Assembly: GCF_006345805.1 (NCBI RefSeq)
Contig: NC_043010.1
Location: forward strand, 45,818,001 to 45,882,000
Reading direction: 5' to 3'
DNA length: 64,000 nucleotides
Source: Octopus sinensis
Lineage: Eukaryota
The notes beneath the pieces were generated by a model, which was not told where the DNA came from, made no database searches, and saw only the letters and a list, made by a program, of their open reading frames with translations. Positions 30,301 to 37,808 of this stretch are shown here, in pieces. The position numbers were made by a program, and so were the translations under genes. Numbering within the stretch: the first letter of the stretch is position 1; every line of letters starts with the position of its first letter.

Positions 30301-33053
30301 TTCTATTTTTGGTTGTAATTATTTCTGTACTTGTTTGTGTCTATCTACGAAGAAATTATCTCATTCAGTGTTGGAAAAAGAAGAGCAATTTCAATATGCA
30401 GTATGTATGAACTCACTAATGATCTGACCTTTAGCTCCTTGTTATTTGAAAAATCTTCATTTATTTAAAATCGTTATGGACATTTCTCCACTTATCCTCT
30501 ATTGAATATCATTGTTGCTGTTGTTTAGCCCTCGGTTGAGCAGTCCGTGATCAAAGGCATTCTAGTCATGCTCATCTTATTTTTTTTTTTCTCTTAGTGT
30601 ATCTAGGACAGTGAAGATGTGTGGCTTGGTGGTTAGCAGTATTCAACTCACAGTTGTAAGGTCATGATTCTTGAGCTAAGCATTTTGTCCAGTGTGTTAA
30701 TGATTCTGCCAACTCACTGCCCTTATTATGATAATAATAAAAGACCCCCTTTGGTCATGAATGACCATGGGATTGCACCTAGAAAGTTACCCTCCTAGAC
30801 ACAAGTCCGGGCAAGGTTGTTTATGGAAGACCAGCAGTCGCCCATGCATACCAGCCTCCCTTCTCCACGTCACCAGTGTTATCCAAGGGAAAGACAAAGA
30901 TCGATACAGCTTGGCACCAGTGACGTCGCAACTCATTTCTACAGCTGAGTGAACTGGAGCAACGTGAAATAAAGTGCCTTGCTCAAGAACACAACAGCCC
31001 GGTCCGGGATTCGAGCTCACAACCTTACGATCGTAAGCTCGACGCTCTGACCACTGAGCCATAACAATAATAATAGTCCTTTCTATTATAGGCACAAGGC
31101 CTGAGGTTTTTGGAGGGAGGGGCCTAGTTGATCACATCAACCTCAGAATTTCACTGGTACTTAATTTATCAACCCCGAAAGGAAGAAAGGCAAAGTCGAC
31201 CTCGGCAGAATTTGAATAATGATAATAATTATTATTATCATCATTATTATAATGCTTTCAAATTTTGGTACAAGACCAGCAATTGCAGGGGTGAGGTTAA
31301 ATCAATTACATTGCTCCAGTGCTCAATTGCTACTTAATTTATCAAACCTGAAAGGATGACAGACAAAGTCAACCTCAGTGGAATTTGAACGCAGAATTTA
31401 AGCATGGATGAAATACTACTAAGAATTTTGCCCAGTATGCTAACGATTCTGCCATCTCACCCCCTTAATAATTAAACAATTATGACTTCAAATTTTGAGG
31501 GTGGCTTTGTCAATGACATTGCCCCAGTGCTCTAGTGATATTTAATTTAGCAACCGCAAAGCGATAAAAAGCAAAGTTGACCTCGTGAAATTTGAACTCA
31601 GAACATAAGAATGGATGACATACTGTTAAGCATGTTGCCCACCGTGCTAACAACAGGATTACTGGAATAGCATAGTCAGTCCTTAAAAAACAAAAGGCTG
31701 GCATAGACAGCCATATCATCACGTGTTTTATGGACAAGTTAGTTATTTATATTCACTTTCATATAGAATGATCAGATAACAAATTTTGCAATGACTTAGT
31801 AATAGGCTGTCATTAGTTTTGTTATTTTATACTAATTCATCATATTTTATTTTATTTTACAGATAATTAGAAAAAGAATTTTGTGAAAACTAAATTAATA
31901 ACATCATTTTTTTTTCTTTCTACTCAACAGTTTTCCTCCTGCACTAACAAATTTAAAACTGCCTAAAGTTCAGATACCCACAAGAACAGATACAAATCGA
32001 CAAAGTCGGACAAGCCGACTGGGCCCACCCATCTCAAAACCAATGTTGACTCACAGTACCAATAGCAATTCTCAAGCATTAGTCACACCTGTTGAAGCTC
32101 CACAAGATGCTTATATTCCAAAAAGAGAACCACGATCAGCTGCTCGACCACTTAGTGCTATTATGACAAAAGACATTTCCAGTCCAGTACTCCTTAGTAC
32201 TACTAATCGCCGGTCAGCAGCATTTTCTGAACAAAATCTCCCTAATATACACACAGCAGACATCAAGGGTGGATTGGCTACAACAAAACGTCCAGTGAAA
32301 TTGCGTCGCAATCATTCTGATCGTCCCCAAAAGCCACCACCCCTGAAGCCTGATGAAAGTCGTCAGTTTGGAACACAATCTCCAAAATTGCATCCTTTAG
32401 AGAGAAATAATAGAGAAAATGCTGTCTCTCAGCACCTTCTTGGCCAAGATGATGAGAATGCTTTATACATGAATACATCTTCAGAACCCCCAAATAACAG
32501 TTCCAGTATTGATCACAACAGTAATCATGCTGTTTACCATAACATGACATCTCCTTCCTCACTCAAGAGAACTAAAGAAAAACCTCCACGACCACAAGCA
32601 CGAGCAATGACTTCAAATCTTGTGAGATCAGAATCGAACCCCACCCCATCCAAAAGAGATCACAATCCTGAGCCTAAAACAAGGGAAATTTCCAAACTCA
32701 CACAAACTTCTCCATCAGCATCAACAGCTGATAAGCCAGTTCCTGTTCAAAAGAATTTTGTTAACCTTAATAGATCAGAATCTGATCCACAGGCAAAAAG
32801 TTCTTTAACGCCAGCACAGTTAGCCAAAGCTGGACTGAAGCCTGTTGGCAGCACTACAAAAAAGGAACATAAAAGCCCACCTCCTTCTACGGTAACAAAG
32901 CCTGTCAGATCACAACGAATAACTAGTCCAACTCGTTATAACCAACCGCAGTCGTCACCCAAAGAAGACAAACCCGATTATTCAGACTCAAACAATACAG
33001 AATCAAAGAAAAAAATCAGTGAACTGAGACAAATGTTCGATTCTAAGATATAG
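1104..33053 (+). CDS. ADAM (disintegrin and metalloproteinase domain-containing) protein, ADAM9/12/19-like architecture; 5'-incomplete; 15 coding exons, ~946 aa in window
   Basis: Manually spliced GT-AG exons with consistent phases, except one 1-nt deficit in exon 20976-21150. Join: 1104-1171, 3077-3160, 5189-5251, 7288-7466, 9695-9779, 10072-10211, 11521-11689, 14537-14632, 16310-16441, 20976-21150, 22568-22772, 26956-27033, 28817-28928, 30271-30400, 31931-33053. Domain order is reprolysin (M12B), disintegrin, Cys-rich, EGF, TM, cytoplasmic tail. Orthologue not determined. Confidence 0.95.
1521..1922 (-). mobile_element. Abundant tRNA-derived SINE with internal microsatellite and AAAGAGT-type tail (family A)
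   Basis: Near-identical copies at ~1-160, 24835-25040, 29437-29850, 33830-34040, 34285-34445, 52060-52430, 53600-53990, 56830-57205, 60635-61022. Confidence 0.8.
1962..2171 (+). mobile_element. RTE-clade LINE ORF fragment (C-terminal region after RT)
   Basis: Translation [40 protein letters not shown]...[10 protein letters not shown]. Confidence 0.75.
3077..3160 (+). CDS. ADAM exon: furin site and start of metalloprotease domain, [28 protein letters not shown]
   Basis: tacag|GTT...ACA|gtaagt; RxRR proprotein-convertase site; typical RYVELxxVAD motif. Confidence 0.92.
3664..3912 (+). mobile_element. Young tRNA-derived SINE with 14-bp target-site duplication
   Basis: A-box-like TGGCTTAGTGG and B-box TTCGATTCC; TATTGTACTTTAGA at 3650-3663 and 3913-3926. 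Confidence 0.85.
5189..5251 (+). CDS. ADAM exon [21 protein letters not shown]
   Basis: ttttcag|CAC...ATG|gtaagt; resembles the RLIEIANxV helix of ADAM12-type proteins. Confidence 0.85.
6146..6341. repeat. ~26-27-bp minisatellite (GTCACTGGCACAGGTGCCTTTTACAT-like), ~7 copies
   Basis: Diverged tandem units within a family C repeat. Confidence 0.8.
7288..7466 (+). CDS. ADAM exon [17 protein letters not shown]...NDNAQLL
   Basis: ttttag|ATA...GT|gtaagt; YRPLN..LVGVEIW and DNAQL reprolysin motifs. Confidence 0.95.
9695..9779 (+). CDS. ADAM exon [28 protein letters not shown]
   Basis: tacag|A...AGT|gtaagt; matches the F..G.IG.A....C....SGGV pattern. Confidence 0.93.
10072..10211 (+). CDS. ADAM catalytic exon with [12 protein letters not shown] (10117-10152) and CIM Met-turn
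   Basis: ctag|GAC...GG|gtaagt; metzincin HExxHxxGxxH motif intact, including the catalytic Glu. Confidence 0.97.
10480..10720 (-). mobile_element. Degenerate CR1/Jockey-type reverse transcriptase fragment
   Basis: NSGVSQ...[11 protein letters not shown] resembles the GVPQGSxLxPxLFLxYINDL motif. Confidence 0.6.
11521..11689 (+). CDS. ADAM exon: end of metalloprotease and start of disintegrin (WSSCS...[15 protein letters not shown])
   Basis: aatag|T...GAG|gtatgt; CGN.fvE..EeCDCG motif. Confidence 0.96.
12283..12546. mobile_element. hAT-like MITE
   Basis: Imperfect TIR CAGTGGTGTAGCTAG / CTAACTACGCTAGTG; 8-bp flanks GTTTCTGT / GTTTCTCT (7/8). Confidence 0.6.
12632..12850. mobile_element. piggyBac-like MITE
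   Basis: TTAA on both sides; perfect 12-bp TIR CCCTTTAGCATT / AATGCTAAAGGG; degenerate relatives at ~1320-1497 and ~42706-42900. Confidence 0.85.
13540..13800. mobile_element. Rearranged tRNA-headed, hammerhead-bearing repeat
   Basis: B-box GTTCGATTCC at 13676-13685; inverted partial duplicate 13772-13799 versus 13612-13640. Confidence 0.55.
13592..13633 (-). ncRNA. Minimal type-I hammerhead ribozyme motif (third family), antisense in an ADAM intron
   Basis: Minus strand: CAC-CUGAAGA-AG(A)CUG(gaggguauau)CAGCU-GAAA-CG-UU^GUG; palindromic ACGU stem III, GUU triplet. Confidence 0.7.
13799..14124 (-). mobile_element. Non-autonomous Helitron-like repeat, 3'-truncated
   Basis: Minus strand begins A|TC-TCTATATATATAAAG (5'-TC terminus) and ends in a GC-rich hairpin-like GAGCAATGCCGG; terminal CTAG absent; family recognised from memory only. 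Confidence 0.4.
14537..14632 (+). CDS. ADAM disintegrin exon [32 protein letters not shown]
   Basis: ttcag|GTA...CAG|gtgagt; disintegrin Cys pattern. Confidence 0.95.
15391..15790. repeat. 100-bp tandem repeat (3 near-identical units plus 1 diverged) inside a family C repeat
   Basis: Units start at 15391, 15491, 15591, 15691. Confidence 0.92.
16310..16441 (+). CDS. ADAM disintegrin-loop exon [23 protein letters not shown]...
   Basis: tttcag|CTG...CTG|gtaaga; CR....ECDL.EyCtG motif (xECD type, no RGD). Confidence 0.96.
18185..18975 (+). mobile_element. Array of four head-to-tail family B SINEs (GAGCTGGCAG...TTCTGAGTTCAAAT...GTCGACTTTGCCTTTCATCC)
   Basis: Copies start at ~18185, 18373, 18614 and 18839. 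Other copies at ~590-980, 4735-4940, 28240-28670, 31075-31650, 44520-45000, 47300-47500, 55345-55565, 57220-57425, 61515-61680. Confidence 0.8.
20976..21150 (+). CDS. ADAM Cys-rich exon containing a 1-nt frameshift near 21069-21073
   Basis: ttcag|TCA...AA|gtaagt. Reads SYCYKGQC...QCRLLWG...DICF in one frame and [12 protein letters not shown]...TACAA in another. The exon is 175 nt; the flanking phases require 176. Confidence 0.92.
22568..22772 (+). CDS. ADAM Cys-rich exon DVRCGMLHC...[12 protein letters not shown]
   Basis: tccag|A...AAA|gtaagt; D..CG.l.C and V.DG.KCG motifs. Confidence 0.95.
22895..23850 (+). mobile_element. Decayed RTE-clade LINE fragment with YADD motif
   Basis: [11 protein letters not shown] at ~22930-22962, followed by frameshifted C-terminal RTE motifs. 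Confidence 0.8.
24665..25095. mobile_element. piggyBac-like MITE with a nested family A SINE
   Basis: TTAA-CCCTTT...AAAGGG-TTAA; SINE inside at ~24835-25040; relative at 8094-8270. Confidence 0.7.
26080..26690 (+). mobile_element. Decayed RTE-clade LINE 3' fragment
   Basis: Visible similarity to 23300-23800 and 58590-59160. Confidence 0.6.
26956..27033 (+). CDS. ADAM exon [26 protein letters not shown] (Cys-rich end, EGF start)
   Basis: attag|ATC...GGA|gtaagt. Confidence 0.93.
27973..28214. mobile_element. hAT (Charlie-like) MITE with perfect 8-bp TSD
   Basis: CAGTG..TTCT.AACC termini; ATCTAAAG at 27965-27972 and 28215-28222; relatives at ~8618-8955 and ~19530-19804. Confidence 0.85.
28817..28928 (+). 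CDS. ADAM EGF-like exon [31 protein letters not shown]
   Basis: tctag|GTG...G|gtaaac; CN...nCHC..G..PP.C....GGSVDSG motif. Confidence 0.96.
30271..30400 (+). CDS. ADAM transmembrane exon (TM ~30279-30347, [23 protein letters not shown], followed by RR)
   Basis: tgtag|AA...CA|gtatgt; hydrophobic stretch plus basic stop-transfer; phases match both neighbours. Confidence 0.92.
30742..31067 (-). mobile_element. tRNA-derived SINE, young copy
   Basis: Reverse complement begins ATGGCTCAGTGGTCAGAGCG...GAGCTCGAATCCCGG; same family as 52795-53120. Confidence 0.75.
31931..33053 (+). CDS. ADAM terminal exon encoding a 373-aa Pro/Ser/Thr-rich cytoplasmic tail
   Basis: caacag|T acceptor after a polypyrimidine tract; phase 2 matches the TM exon; open frame through ORF 32043-33053 to TAG. 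Confidence 0.88.
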
Positions 33054-33172
33054 AATTGCTCAATATATTATTTACTTTTTTTTTTTTTTAGTGGATAAAA
33101 AAAAGAGAAAACAAATATTGATTTTATTTGCCTTTTGAAACTTGAGATGAAAAATTTATTAAAAGAAAAACT

Positions 33173-33197
33173 AATAAACAAACAGATGGAGAATAAA
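33173..33197 (+). promoter_or_regulatory. Candidate polyadenylation signals (two AATAAA) downstream of the ADAM stop
   Basis: AATAAA at 33173-33178 and 33192-33197; weak evidence in AT-rich DNA. Confidence 0.25.
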
Positions 33198-35439
33198 TCA
33201 CTATTGTAAATACAAAACCAGATGCAAAGAAATGGAAAAACATTCCATTAAGGCTGTTATGGTAATCAGCATAAACTGTTATGGTGTTCAGTATAAAAAC
33301 GTATTTTAAGCGGTCCTGGCCAATTACTTGATAAAAACTAATCGTTTTTTTTTTTTCTTAAAAAACTGTTCTTCAAAATGCTCTGCATTGCCAAAATATA
33401 TTCAAGCATTTAAATTTGTTATTCTTTCATGTCCCGTGACTTCTTCAAATGTGATTTATGATCAACAATATCTTTCACAGCTACCAGCTTTAAATTTTGT
33501 TAAATTACAGAGACTAAAATCATACCATAACTATATGCTTCTGTTATCATCCAACTCAGGTGCATACAGTTCCTTTTAAATCTATTTTTTTTTTTTTGTA
33601 ATTGTTTTTATTTGTATGTGTATGTGAGAGAAAGAGAGACATTGCGTGTGTGTGCGCATGTGTGTGCCTGTATGTGTATGTTTCACTTCACTCAAGCCTT
33701 TTTCCATTCCACCTATGAAAAGAGGAAATTTCTGCAGCCTGAATATAAATAACTTACATCTTGCAAAATGAACAAAATGATCCTCTAAAAGGAGGAGATA
33801 AATGAAATAATATAATTTCTGGAGTGTAACTCTCTTTACTCTTTTACTTGTTTCAGTCATTTGACTGCAGCCATGCTGGAGCACTGCCTTCAGTCGAGCA
33901 AATCGACCCCAGGACTAATTCTTTGTAAGCCTGGTACTTATTTTATCGGTCTCTTTTGCCAAACTCCTAAGTTACAGGGACATAAACACACCACCATCGG
34001 TTGTCAAGTGATGTTGGGCGGGGAAAAACACACACAAACAAGTAGTTTCAGCAGCCAGTTTCAGAAGAATAATGCTTCCATATTACGAAGAATTCCTGTC
34101 TTCATTGACATCACCACAGACAATTAGACAGTAATTTATAATTTAAATATCCATGAGCATAGACATGCATACACTACACACAGACACACATACACACACA
34201 CACATGTGTGGGTGTATATATATATATGTTTGTATATGTATGTATTTGTATGTGTATGTCTATATGTGTGTATATATATGTGTATGCAGGCATGGCTGTG
34301 CCATTGAGAAGTTTTCTTCCCAACAACATGAGATCAGGTTCAGTCCCACTGTGTGGCACCTTGGGCAAGTCTCTTCTACTATAGCACTAGGCCAACCAAA
34401 ACTTTGTGAGTGGATTTGGTAACGGAAATTAAAAGAAACCCTCTGTGCGTGCGTGTGTGCTCATGTGAGGGAGTTTGTGTTCCCTTTCTCTTCAGGTTTG
34501 TTCACTGATTTTAAACAAAGACATCACTGTCCATTTTGACAGTGTTGTTTGCTTACAGTCAATCACGAAAGCACTTCCAGGCTTCTTGATATGTTTTGGC
34601 ATGTGTGATCTTTGTAAACAAAAGGCACGTTTAATGAGTGTTGTTCGTTTCCTGTTCTCCACATAACATGTCCAAGCTGTTCCTTGTTTGATACATTGAG
34701 AGATTTTTAGCTTGCTTGAAATGAGATGAGGCCTCCAGGGAGAAAGGCATCCAGCAGTAGAAACACTCTGTTCTGACATGGTTTCATCAGACCCATGCAA
34801 GCATGGAAAAGTAGATGTTAAAAGAACGATGATGATGACTTTGTGTGTATTTGTATAAATTATATATATATATGTGTGTGTGTGTATATATATATATCTT
34901 TAATACATGTTTCTTTAAAGACATGGCTATGTTCCAGTTTTATACTTTCTTTTACAGATATTTTTTCATACTTTCATAGCAGTTTAATGTAGTTTGTTTG
35001 GAGCAGAACAAATTAACATGTGACTGCTGATGTGGAAGCTTAACAATAAAAAAAAAACCCTTTGATGTAAAAGTCCATAAAACTTTGACCGGTATATAAG
35101 AACCAATGCAGATGCCAAATCTATTTTAACCCTTGAAAATGATACTGTAAATGTCTAGAAAGATTTGAATATGGATTTAGAAATATTATTGTTCCAAATA
35201 AACTACAAGAAACTCATAGAAATCTATGAAAAATCTGCAATAATAAAACATAAAACTGCAACACAGTGGAGTCCTTAGTGAAATGTTTGTGTGTATATGT
35301 GTGTGTGTGTGTGTGTGCATGTCTGTATATATATACCGGAGTAAATACATAAATGTGAAACAAGGTAGAAAAAAGAGTACTCAAATACCAGGGGTAGAGT
35401 AATATGCTTTATTTCAAAGCAGCAGAAATTCAACAAAAC

Positions 35440-35477
35440 CTGTTACTCTGAGTTTCACGTTCCCGTTCGTCAGACAG
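35440..35477 (-). ncRNA. Minimal type-I hammerhead ribozyme motif (second family)
   Basis: Minus strand: CUGU-CUGACGA-ACG(ggaa)CGU-GAAA-CUCAGAG-UA^ACAG. All core bases present; palindromic stem III ACUC-A-GAGU. Confidence 0.8.
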
Positions 35478-35503
35478 TTTTTGTTAAAAAAAAACAAAAA
35501 AAA

Positions 35504-35541
35504 CTGTCCGACGAACGGGAACGTGAAACTCAGAGTAACAG
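35504..35541 (+). ncRNA. Hammerhead motif variant with U4>C core change (inverted copy)
   Basis: CUGU-CCGACGA-ACG(ggaa)CGU-GAAA-CUCAGAG-UA^ACAG. Confidence 0.6.
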
Positions 35542-36378
35542 GTTTTGTTGAATTTCTGCTGCTTTGAAATAAAGTGTATATATATATATATGTATATATA
35601 TACACACACAAACACACATACATGTATGTATATATACATGTGTGTGTGTGTGTGTATTTACGTATATGTGAATATATTTATGTGTATGTATATATGTACA
35701 TACATACATATATATATATAATAACATATGCACATAAATATGTACTTATAAATGAAACCAACTGACATTTTAACAGCAATAATATGTGAATTGACTGAGA
35801 TGGGTTTTGTGAGTATGATATTAACTTCATCACACAAGATGAAAGTGTTTGATCTCTAATTCTTATTACACATAATTGCAGAACATTTATTTCTAAACCA
35901 AGAGGAATTATATTCTTGTCTATGATTTAGTGACACAAGTGCATAATAAGAGTGTGAACACCATTAGTTTTGGGAATTAAGGTTTCTAGTTTGATATCCA
36001 GTGTTGGATTGTGTATGCATCCAGAAGTATGATATGTGATGACGGTTGGAGATCAATTCAATCGAAATAGTGTAAATGCAGATAATGAAAAAAAGAAACT
36101 TTCTCACTGATGAAATATATATATATTAAAGTGTTTGTATATATGCATGCATACGCACACTCACACCATCATAAACACTATAGTTACATACACACATATT
36201 TCTTTGTGCATATAAGTGTTTGTGTGTCTGTGTATATATATATATATATACAAAATTTAAAGGACTGACCACTAAAAGTCCTTTAAATTTTGTATGTAAA
36301 AATATTTTAATCTTTGGATTTTTTTAATATGCTAGGCCACTCGTTTTAATTGATTAATATCAATTTCTACCCTTATTC

Positions 36379-36431
<53 letters not shown>

Positions 36432-36539
36432 TGCACACGCACATAGACACACAAACACTCACACACATATGTATATATCTCTGTGTGTGTGTGTGTGTGT
36501 GTGTGTACATGTATATTTACAGTTGTGTATATGTATATA

Positions 36540-37500
36540 TCACATCAGTAACCATTATGCACAAACCTTCTAACTCCATACACACTAGCATCCAACACCT
36601 AGTACCCACACTGCGCACACCTATGCACACTCAAATGCACATGCATTCACACACACTAGCACCCAATATCTGTCGACCCCCTGACTCCTCTCACCCTTAT
36701 CCCACCTTCCAGCCCCTAACTCTCACCACGCCTATCCCGACTCGCATCTCTACGCATTCTGCCACAACACAGTATTCACTCCAAGAAGCACACACAATGC
36801 GCAAACCATCTGAACACAGACAATATTCACGCAACACCCATAAACACAACTTTTGCACACAAACATACACAATACACATGCACACTATAGGGTCATACAC
36901 ACATACAAATGCACACACATCAACTACTAAACACAAGCATTTGCTCATGCATGCACACACTTACACCCACACACATAACCCTACACACGTGTACATATCC
37001 ATATGGACACACACAAACACACACACACATACATGACAGTACATGAAACACACATCTCACCACAAAATGTATACACTAGGTTACTTATACACACACACAC
37101 ACACACACATACAAGCCCACATAATTCTAAGCTTGCCCGCACATACATACTCACACATTTGGCCCCATTCACACATACTCACTTACACACACCATTCTCA
37201 CATACACACACACATATGCTTGCATACCCTAGTTAAGCCACGGCACCATTATTATCTCCCTTCCACTCAGCTTCTTTCATCCGACCATTTCATCATGTTG
37301 AACTGTTAATCGCTACACATTTTTTTCTCTGTTTTTTTTTTTTATTCTCTCTGTTTTATTTTCCTCTCAATCCTTTTCTTTGAAGAGCATAAGCTTGAAA
37401 CATCAAAGACTTTTCCACTCTTTCCGAGCATTAAACTAATACATTCATTTGCTTGTTATTCCTTCTCCTGTCTTTGTCCTTTGTTTTCTATAAATTTGAA
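36540..37500 (+). mobile_element. C/A-rich non-autonomous repeat ending in a degenerate hammerhead-like motif and (TA)n
   Basis: Low-complexity C/A body; TTGAAGAGCATAAGCTTGAAACATC at 37380-37404; terminates at a TA tract. Confidence 0.4.
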
Positions 37501-37537
37501 CTATATATACATGCACATATACATATGTAAATATGTG

Positions 37538-37586
<49 letters not shown>

Positions 37587-37765
37587 ATAATAAATATTAG
37601 GGAATAAATCCAAATTTACAGGGAAAAAAATCAGATTTAGGATTAAATCCAATTTTATAGTAAAATATTATAAAATATTATTAGAGACAAAACCACTATT
37701 TTTCAAAACAAACAAGGAAAGACTTAATCAATACATAAAATTTTAATAAATAGTCAAAAAAACCG

Positions 37766-37808
37766 CCACTACAATCGTTTCTTGTCTTGATCGACAATCT
37801 TCAGGTGG
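37766..37808 (-). ncRNA. Minimal type-I hammerhead ribozyme motif (Penelope-like element type)
   Basis: Minus strand: CCAC-CUGAAGA-UUGUC(gaucaa)GACAA-GAAA-CGAUUG-UA^GUGG. Full core, 5-bp stem II, 4-bp stem I, self-complementary stem III, GUA cleavage triplet. Confidence 0.85.

Larger units (their letters stand above)
35407..35574. repeat. Fold-back element, ~75-bp arms, each containing a hammerhead motif
   Basis: Near-perfect inverted repeat flanked by (TA)/(TG) microsatellites. Confidence 0.92.

Noticed and set aside
36350-37309. 228-aa His/Thr-rich ORF and neighbours
   Set aside because: Translations of (CA)n/(TA)n low-complexity repeat; no domain or splice evidence.
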